The position numbers and the translations under genes are program-made. The notes beneath the pieces were generated by a model, which saw nothing but the letters and a program-made list of their open reading frames with translations, was not told the origin of the DNA and ran no database searches. A stretch of DNA of 64,000 nt, taken from the IMG/VR virus record IMGVR_UViG_3300032243_000867, positions 32,001-96,000 of that record, one strand, 5' to 3'. How positions within the stretch are numbered: the first letter of the stretch is position 1; each line of letters begins with the position of its first letter. This document shows positions 54,743-61,337 of this stretch, one piece after another. The stretch comes from a virus (taxonomy: Duplodnaviria; Caudoviricetes).

Positions 54743-56590
54743 ATGACCCTTGCCAACCTCGTTCTCTCTGGTGCGCGTGCGGTTTCTCCCGCGAACGCCT
54801 CTACTTCTGTCGCGAACATCATCGAGTTCGTTGAGGAGCCTTGGGGCCTCGGGATGCAACTGTTCCCGATCCAGAAGATCATCCTCAAGGCTCACTATGG
54901 ACTCCCTCTCGATGACACGCAGACCTTCACGGTGACCGATTGGCGGCGGCAGAACCCCCGCCAGATGACCGAGAAGGAGTACCTCGCCTACCTGTACAGC
55001 GAGGGGCGGTCGAACATCAAAGAGGTGGTGCCGGGGCACGAGCGCCGGGAGATGATCCTCTCCATCGGTCGCCGTTCTGGCAAGACCACAATCAGCGCGT
55101 GCATCTCCGCCTACGAGACGTACAAGCTCATCTCGAAGGGCGACCCCCAGGCGTACTACGGGCTTCCGCAGAGCAACATGATCCAGTTGATCTCGGTCGC
55201 CACCGACAAAGATCAGGCGGGTCTGCTCTACCAAGAGGTGTCCGGGCACTTTCGGAACTGTGCGTTCTTCGGCCCGTACACCGCCAACAACACCATGTCC
55301 TATGCGCGCTTCCAGACGCCGAAGGACGTAGAGCGGTACGGGGCCTACTCAGACGATCCGAGCGCGAAGGCCACCGTCAAGGTCACCTTCCGTAGCTGCG
55401 TCGCTAAAGGTCTCCGTGGCGCGGGCAACATCGTCGTGATTCTCGACGAGGTGGCGCACTTCACCGACGCGGGGCAGTCCTCCGCCGACGCCGTGTACAA
55501 CGCCGTCGTCCCGTCTACCTCCGCGTACTCGGCCAAAGATCCCAAGGACCGCCGCAAGCCCATCGGTCAGGTAGAGGGCCGAATCATCCTGATCTCCAGC
55601 CCACTGGGTAGGCAGGGGCTGTTCTACAAGATGTTCCAGATCGGCATGGGCGGCGGAATGGCCGCAGAGAATATGCTCTGCATCCAAGCGCCGACGTGGG
55701 AGGTGAACCCCACGGTCCCGGCGCACGAATTTGAGAAGCACTACCTGAAGGACCAAGCGGTCTTCTTCACGGAGTACGGCGGCGAGTTCAGCGACCGCAC
55801 CCGTGGGTGGATCGAGCGGGGCGACGACCTCGTGGCGTGCGTGGAAACGTCTGCGCGCCCTCAGCAGAGGGGAATCCCCCGCGTTGCGTACTTTCTCGGC
55901 CTGGACTTGGGCCTCGTTGGGGACGGTACGGCGGTATCCATCGGTCACCTAGACCCGAACGGGCACATCGTCGTAGACCTCGTAGACCAGATCAAGGCGG
56001 GTGCCGGGAAATACGTCGGAAAGGAACGGCTGGAGTTCGACGACGTGGCCGACTGGGTTCTGGACCTGTCGAAGCGGTTCTACATTCAGGAAGGAATGTT
56101 CGACCAGTGGTCGGGCATTCCGTTCGAGCAAGCTCTCTCCAAGAGGGGGCTGAGCCAGATGAAGTCGCATCCCATGACGAAACAACTCACGTCCCAGATG
56201 TTCCAGAACTTCAAGGACATGATGTGGGACAAGAAGCTGGTTCTCTACGACTTCCCTATCGCCCCGAACGAGGGTCACTGCCCATACATCGCGGAGCTTC
56301 TAGAGCTACAGGCCGAGTACCACAGCAAGTTCGTGACGACCGTGGAAGCGCCGAACATCGACGGAAAGCACGACGATATGTCCGACGCCCTTGTTCGCAT
56401 GGTGTGGCTGGCGTCGAACCGCCTCTCCAAGAACATTCACCTCTCTGGGGTTCAACGTCAGAACGGTCCGGTAATCCCCGGATACTCCCGCGTAGTTATG
56501 CGCGCGAAGCTACTCCAGAGCGGGTCGCACGAGTCTCGTCAGATCCCTCGTCATGGGTCGGGGGGTCTGCGAAAGTGGGGTCCACGATGA
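54743..56590 (+). CDS. terL: terminase large subunit
   Basis: GRRSGKT Walker A, VVILDE Walker B, nuclease GLDLG..FDQW..HDDMSDA. Confidence 0.88.
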   Translation: MTLANLVLSGARAVSPANASTSVANIIEFVEEPWGLGMQLFPIQKIILKAHYGLPLDDTQTFTVTDWRRQNPRQMTEKEYLAYLYSEGRSNIKEVVPGHERREMILSIGRRSGKTTISACISAYETYKLISKGDPQAYYGLPQSNMIQLISVATDKDQAGLLYQEVSGHFRNCAFFGPYTANNTMSYARFQTPKDVERYGAYSDDPSAKATVKVTFRSCVAKGLRGAGNIVVILDEVAHFTDAGQSSADAVYNAVVPSTSAYSAKDPKDRRKPIGQVEGRIILISSPLGRQGLFYKMFQIGMGGGMAAENMLCIQAPTWEVNPTVPAHEFEKHYLKDQAVFFTEYGGEFSDRTRGWIERGDDLVACVETSARPQQRGIPRVAYFLGLDLGLVGDGTAVSIGHLDPNGHIVVDLVDQIKAGAGKYVGKERLEFDDVADWVLDLSKRFYIQEGMFDQWSGIPFEQALSKRGLSQMKSHPMTKQLTSQMFQNFKDMMWDKKLVLYDFPIAPNEGHCPYIAELLELQAEYHSKFVTTVEAPNIDGKHDDMSDALVRMVWLASNRLSKNIHLSGVQRQNGPVIPGYSRVVMRAKLLQSGSHESRQIPRHGSGGLRKWGPR

Positions 56591-56847
56591 AGACGGCAAA
56601 ATTCGACCCCCTAAAACCTAGTCGAGCGGACTACCGCTTGATCCGAAAGATCCTCGACAGCTCTTTTCCGGGGAAGGTGCTGCACACGGAGGACAGTTAC
56701 GAGCTTCTCGTCCGTGTCTTCCAGAAGGCGGGCGGGTCGTGGGAGAAGCTGTTTCTCGGATCGTCCGATGATATGAGCCTTCTGAAGAAGGTTCTGAAGG
56801 TAGCGTTCAAGGAGGGACACCTTCCCAAAGCCCCGGACTGGAGATGA
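56587..56847 (+). CDS. hypothetical protein
   Basis: ATGA-coupled to terL. Confidence 0.55.
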   Translation: MKTAKFDPLKPSRADYRLIRKILDSSFPGKVLHTEDSYELLVRVFQKAGGSWEKLFLGSSDDMSLLKKVLKVAFKEGHLPKAPDWR

Positions 56848-56853
56848 CCCCCC

Positions 56854-57168
56854 TTGACCCGGTTGCGCGCGACCCTTTCATCGCTCCCTATCGACCGTCA
56901 GATCGCGGGTCACGTCGATACCGCCCAGCGGTCTATCCGTGCCGCGCTTCGGGCGTGCGAAGGGATTGAGGTTAGCCCCGTTCAGCGTCGGCGTGTGGCG
57001 GCGGTGCGTCGTGACCTTGAGAACATTCTCGGTGCCCTGACTTCAGTACGTCGGGTCGGTTCCCCGTACGACCTGAATGACCCGGACCTCATGGACACCC
57101 CGAGGGCATCCCAACCGAAGCGGGAAGCTCCCCCCACCCCAGCCCCGCCTACGGTTGACGGAGAATAG
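56854..57168 (+). CDS. hypothetical protein
   Basis: ORF between terL and the portal-like gene. Confidence 0.5.
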   Translation: MTRLRATLSSLPIDRQIAGHVDTAQRSIRAALRACEGIEVSPVQRRRVAAVRRDLENILGALTSVRRVGSPYDLNDPDLMDTPRASQPKREAPPTPAPPTVDGE

Positions 57169-57173
57169 CCCCC

Positions 57174-58862
57174 ATGCCCAAGACAAACGAAGATGCGGTT
57201 GAGGTGAAGCGCGTCGCGCCCAAGGAGAAGGGCGCGAAGGTCGGCAAGCCCGGAAAGATCGTCACGTCGTCCATGCGGTCGAAGGTGGCTTTCCCCGCGT
57301 CGGGCGGCACCGTGGGCGGCACGGGGGGCAACTTCTACTCGCCCGAGCTCTCGACCGACTTCCTAGAGCTCCCGCAGTCGCTCGACGAGAAGCGCAACTA
57401 CTTTCGGTTCTTCTACCAGAACGATCCCTTCGTCGGTCAGGCTATCGACCTTCACACCATCCTCCCGCTGTCAAAGACCCGGCTGACCACGCCGAAGGCG
57501 AAAGATCCCGAGCTCGCGCAGAAATCACTGAACTTCTGCACCCGGTGGTCGCGCGAGATCGGGCTCCTTCACCGTCTTCTCGAAATGGTCCACGAGTACA
57601 ACCTCCTGGGGGAAGTCTTTGTCTTCGCAGAAGACACCTCGCCCGATATGCCCGAGGAGGTCACCCACGAGGTGATTCGCGAGCTTGACGAGGACGGCAA
57701 TCCCACCGAGCGCACGGTGCGCCGGGAGGACGCCGACGCCCGCGCCGAGAAGTGGTTGAAGCGCAACTACAGAGGTTGGACGGCGATCCGTGTGCTCCCC
57801 CCGGAGCAGGTCCACATGGAGAGCTTCCCGTTCACCGACGAGAAGATGATTGAGCTCATCCCGGACAGCAAGACCAAGGACATCGTGAACCGCGCCGACA
57901 TGGGCGACGAGTCCGCCATGCGGATCGTCAAGTCCATGCCCGAGGGTGTGGTCAACGCCATCCGAGAAGGCACGAACATCCCGTTGAACACGGACCCCGA
58001 CGCCGGGTCGTTCGTCCACTACATGGCCCAGAAGAAGTCGCAGTACGAGCCTCGCGGGCACTCGATTCTGCAAAGGTGCCTCCGCACCCTCGTGTACCGG
58101 GACAAGCTGCGCCAAGCGCAGACCAGCATCGCTTCGCGCCACATGACGCCCATTCGCATCGTGACGGCGGCGGATATGTCCGCGACGGATACGGACGCCC
58201 TGCGCGACCAGGTGGACCTCGCCCTTCAAGACCCGGATTACTCGATCATCACGAACTTCGAGGTGAACTGGAACGAGATGGGATCGCAGGGGAGGCTCCT
58301 AGAGCTCTCCAGCGAGTACGACATGACCGACCGCCAGATGTACGCGGGGCTCGGTGTGACGGAGTCCCTACTGTCGGGCGAGAGCTCGTACTCGGGCGAC
58401 CGCATCAACCTCGAAGTCATCAACACCCGGTATATGCTCCTGCGAGAAGTCTTGCAGGACATGGTCGAGGACAAGATGCTTCGCCCGATGTGCCGCCGCA
58501 TGGGGTTCATCGAGACCGACGAAGACGGTAACGAGACGGTCATCTGCCCTTCCCTGTCGTTCACGCGCCTCGCACTCCGGGACAACGCGGACACGTTCGA
58601 CGCCCTGTTCAACCTCTACCAGAAGGGCTCGCTGGACGTGGACGTGATTCTGGAGCTGCTGAACATCGACCCGTACACCACCCGCGAGCGGCTCAAGCGC
58701 GACGTGTTCACGTTCAACGACAGCAAGTTCAACGACGTGCTGGGGGGGATCTACTCCGAGGCGGGCCGCGCCCTCGCGGAGAACAGCGACGTGGTGGCGA
58801 AGATCGCGGAAACCTTGGGGTTGAAGTACGCGAAGCCCCAGACCGAGGAGGGGCGTTTCTGA
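57174..58862 (+). CDS. portal protein (probable)
   Basis: 562 aa after terminase; FFYQNDPFVGQAIDLH, GEVFVF, RGHSILQRCL and AGLGVT patterns. Confidence 0.7.
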   Translation: MPKTNEDAVEVKRVAPKEKGAKVGKPGKIVTSSMRSKVAFPASGGTVGGTGGNFYSPELSTDFLELPQSLDEKRNYFRFFYQNDPFVGQAIDLHTILPLSKTRLTTPKAKDPELAQKSLNFCTRWSREIGLLHRLLEMVHEYNLLGEVFVFAEDTSPDMPEEVTHEVIRELDEDGNPTERTVRREDADARAEKWLKRNYRGWTAIRVLPPEQVHMESFPFTDEKMIELIPDSKTKDIVNRADMGDESAMRIVKSMPEGVVNAIREGTNIPLNTDPDAGSFVHYMAQKKSQYEPRGHSILQRCLRTLVYRDKLRQAQTSIASRHMTPIRIVTAADMSATDTDALRDQVDLALQDPDYSIITNFEVNWNEMGSQGRLLELSSEYDMTDRQMYAGLGVTESLLSGESSYSGDRINLEVINTRYMLLREVLQDMVEDKMLRPMCRRMGFIETDEDGNETVICPSLSFTRLALRDNADTFDALFNLYQKGSLDVDVILELLNIDPYTTRERLKRDVFTFNDSKFNDVLGGIYSEAGRALAENSDVVAKIAETLGLKYAKPQTEEGRF

Positions 58863-58872
58863 ACTCCGATAC

Positions 58873-60111
58873 TTACGGGGCCGTCCCCTGATCGGTTCTC
58901 GTTTCAACGGAATCTGCCCGGATCGCTCCGGGTCTTACGTTTCCTCCACGAGCAGTAACCGGGGTTCCCCCGGCCAGAAAGTTTAGACCCCAACCCCGAA
59001 GGTTGAGTGCCGCGTTCACGTCGCGGTCTTGGGCGTACCCACAACAGTCGCAAACGTAGATGCGCTCCGATAGGGGTAGCGACGACTTCACGTCCCCGCA
59101 GCCGTTACAGGTCTTGCTGGACGGATAGAAGCGGTCTGATACAACGAGCTTCACCCCGTACCACTCACACTTGTACGTCAGTTGACGGCGAATCTCCGCG
59201 AACGATGCGGAGCTTACAGACCGGGCTAGGCTGAGGTTCCGGGTCATACCCGTCACGTTCAAGTCCTCGATGACGATAGCAGCGGGCCGCTTGGTTTTCA
59301 CGATCTCGCTGGTCATTTTGTGGAGGGCGTCCGCCCGTTGATTGCTGATCCGTGCGTGAGCGCGGGCGAAGCGGTCCTTGGTCTCGGCCCTCCGTTGCGA
59401 TCCTTTCTGTTGTCGCGATAGCTTCCGTTGAAGGCGTGCTAGGGACGCTTGCGACCGTTCAAGGTGCTTCGGGTTCTGGTAGTCCGTTCCGTCCGATAGC
59501 GTCGCGAGGGTCTTGATGCCGAGGTCGATTCCGAGAACCTCCCCAGTCGTTTCGACCTTCGGAGGGTCGGGTACTTCAACCAGAACGGTTGCGAACCACC
59601 GCCCTGCGACCTCGCTCACGGTGACGGTCTTGAGGGGTACGTCCGTGGGGACGTAGCCCCGCTGCTTCAACCGCACGGGGCCGATCTTCGGAAGTCGAAC
59701 GTGCGTCTGGGTGACCGAAGCCTTTTGCGGAAATTGAAACGACGGTTTGGACACCCCGCGCTTCTTGAACTTTGGGTAGCCGGGGGTCTGTCCCGCCTTC
59801 ACCCGGCGGAAAAATCCTTGAAACGCCCGGTCGAGATTACGAACGGACATCTGGAGGGATTGAGCGGTCACCTCCGCGAGCCAAGGACGCTCGACCTTCA
59901 ATGCCGGGAGGCGGGCTTGAAGATCGAGGGGACGTAGGGCTCCCTTCACCTTCTCGCCTTCGGGGGTCGCGGCCTTTCGATCCGCGTAGTCCTTCGTCAA
60001 GGTAGCGAGGCCCCAGTTGTAGACGAACCTCACCGCCCCGGCATGACGGACGAAGGCAGTCCGCTGCCGGTCGTTGGGGTCCAACTCCACCCTGTAGGCC
60101 CGCAGGATCAC
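58873..60111 (-). CDS. tnpB: RNA-guided endonuclease TnpB
   Basis: RAYRVELDP HTH, GIDLG, IVIEDL, CNGC/CDCC zinc finger, DRDVNAALN; GTG start re-called at 60111. Confidence 0.92.
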   Translation of the reverse strand: MILRAYRVELDPNDRQRTAFVRHAGAVRFVYNWGLATLTKDYADRKAATPEGEKVKGALRPLDLQARLPALKVERPWLAEVTAQSLQMSVRNLDRAFQGFFRRVKAGQTPGYPKFKKRGVSKPSFQFPQKASVTQTHVRLPKIGPVRLKQRGYVPTDVPLKTVTVSEVAGRWFATVLVEVPDPPKVETTGEVLGIDLGIKTLATLSDGTDYQNPKHLERSQASLARLQRKLSRQQKGSQRRAETKDRFARAHARISNQRADALHKMTSEIVKTKRPAAIVIEDLNVTGMTRNLSLARSVSSASFAEIRRQLTYKCEWYGVKLVVSDRFYPSSKTCNGCGDVKSSLPLSERIYVCDCCGYAQDRDVNAALNLRGWGLNFLAGGTPVTARGGNVRPGAIRADSVETRTDQGTAP

Positions 60112-60263
60112 TCGACAGGTGCCTTCGGTTGCGAGGCCATCTCGCGGAGGACGAGCTCGCGAATGACTTGGGCGCGAGGCACCCGACGCCGAATACTCTC
60201 GGCTTTGAGCCATTCGATTTGGTCCGGGTCAAACCCAACAAGCACTTGAACCTTCGCTGACAT
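60108..60263 (-). CDS. ribbon-helix-helix (CopG-like) DNA-binding protein (51 aa)
   Basis: MSAKVQVLVGFDPDQIEWLKAESIRRRVPRAQVIRELVLREMASQPKAPVE; its TGA overlaps the tnpB GTG; not in the ORF track. Confidence 0.7.
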   Translation of the reverse strand: MSAKVQVLVGFDPDQIEWLKAESIRRRVPRAQVIRELVLREMASQPKAPVE

Positions 60264-60344
60264 ATAACATGAAGTCAATATAAGCAAGGTAACGGAGTAA
60301 TCCGTTTCCCCCTCTATCCCCCGGCGGTAAGTGAGACAGCCCCG

Positions 60345-60788
60345 ATGAACCGCCGCGCCGACGAGACGCCTGACCTCCTACCGATCATGCACCCCCTCTA
60401 CAACATGAGGGAGGTGTGCAAGCAGACGGCGTTGCTTGAGGACCACCTCAACAACGAGCGCAAGCGGTGTACGGACTGCATTCGTAAGCACTTCCTCACC
60501 ATCGAAGCCCTGCTGGAAGAGGCGGTCAGCCTCGACAACAAGGCCAAGTGGGCCGACCTCCTCGGCGGCAAGGTCGAGCTCGTGCGGGAATGCCAAGCCC
60601 GCTGGATCGACGGCGAGGAGCCTTGCGACATCGCCCAAGACCTCCGCGTGGTCCGCAAGGAGCTCACCCCAGAGTGCTTCGACCTCCGAGAGATGACCTC
60701 CGAGTCTCGGCTGGCTAGCTCCCGGTCGCCCCTATACCGTCAGGTCGCGGGCCGGTACCTTTCGCGCGGATTCCACTTCTGTCGGTGA
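60345..60788 (+). CDS. hypothetical protein with conserved Cys/His cluster
   Basis: EDHL..RCTDCIRKHF; C-terminal RQVAGRYL motif. Confidence 0.65.
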   Translation: MNRRADETPDLLPIMHPLYNMREVCKQTALLEDHLNNERKRCTDCIRKHFLTIEALLEEAVSLDNKAKWADLLGGKVELVRECQARWIDGEEPCDIAQDLRVVRKELTPECFDLREMTSESRLASSRSPLYRQVAGRYLSRGFHFCR

Positions 60789-60791
60789 CGT

Positions 60792-61337
60792 ATGACCCCC
60801 ACGAAGATCGCGGTATTTGACTTCGACGGGACGCTGTTCCGCAGTCCCGAGAAGCCCGATAGCTGGGCCGAAGGGTGGTGGGGCAACCCCGTTTCCCTGA
60901 ACCCGCCCGTGGTGCCGGAAGCCCCCGGTGTGGGTTGGTGGAACGCTTCCGTGGTGCAGCGGGCGAAGGAGGACATCGCTAGCGACGAGGTCTTCGCCGT
61001 GATGGTCACGGGGCGGCTGGCCAAGAAGTTCACCGCGCGCGTGAAGGACTTGCTGGCGCACGCGGGTCTGAAGTTCGACCGAATCTACCTAGCCCCCGGC
61101 GGCGACACGGAGTCGTACAAGCTGCGGGTGATCGGTGATCTCATCAAGGAGTTTCCCACCGTCACGGGCGTGGACCTCTGGGAAGACCGCGCCCCGCACC
61201 TTGCGAAGTTCTCGGATTTCGTGGAGTCGAAGGGCCGTGCGGCGTTCCCGCACCTTATCACCGTGTCGGCCCAGAAGCCCGAAGGGTTGCCCAGCGCCGC
61301 GAAGGTGGCGAGCTTATACCTGTCGCGGAGGCAGTGA
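60792..61337 (+). CDS. HAD-family phosphatase (Swiss Army Knife RNA-repair-like)
   Basis: FDFDGTLFRSP, VTGR, FDRIYL, WEDR. Confidence 0.75.
   Translation: MTPTKIAVFDFDGTLFRSPEKPDSWAEGWWGNPVSLNPPVVPEAPGVGWWNASVVQRAKEDIASDEVFAVMVTGRLAKKFTARVKDLLAHAGLKFDRIYLAPGGDTESYKLRVIGDLIKEFPTVTGVDLWEDRAPHLAKFSDFVESKGRAAFPHLITVSAQKPEGLPSAAKVASLYLSRRQ

Larger units (their letters stand above)
58860..60306 (-). mobile_element. IS200/IS605-type non-autonomous element (RHH + tnpB, no tnpA); left end approximate
   Basis: Right end ...CGGAGTTCA abuts the portal stop; hairpin AACGGA-GTAA-TCCGTT near 60291-60306; AT-rich leader. Confidence 0.7.
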
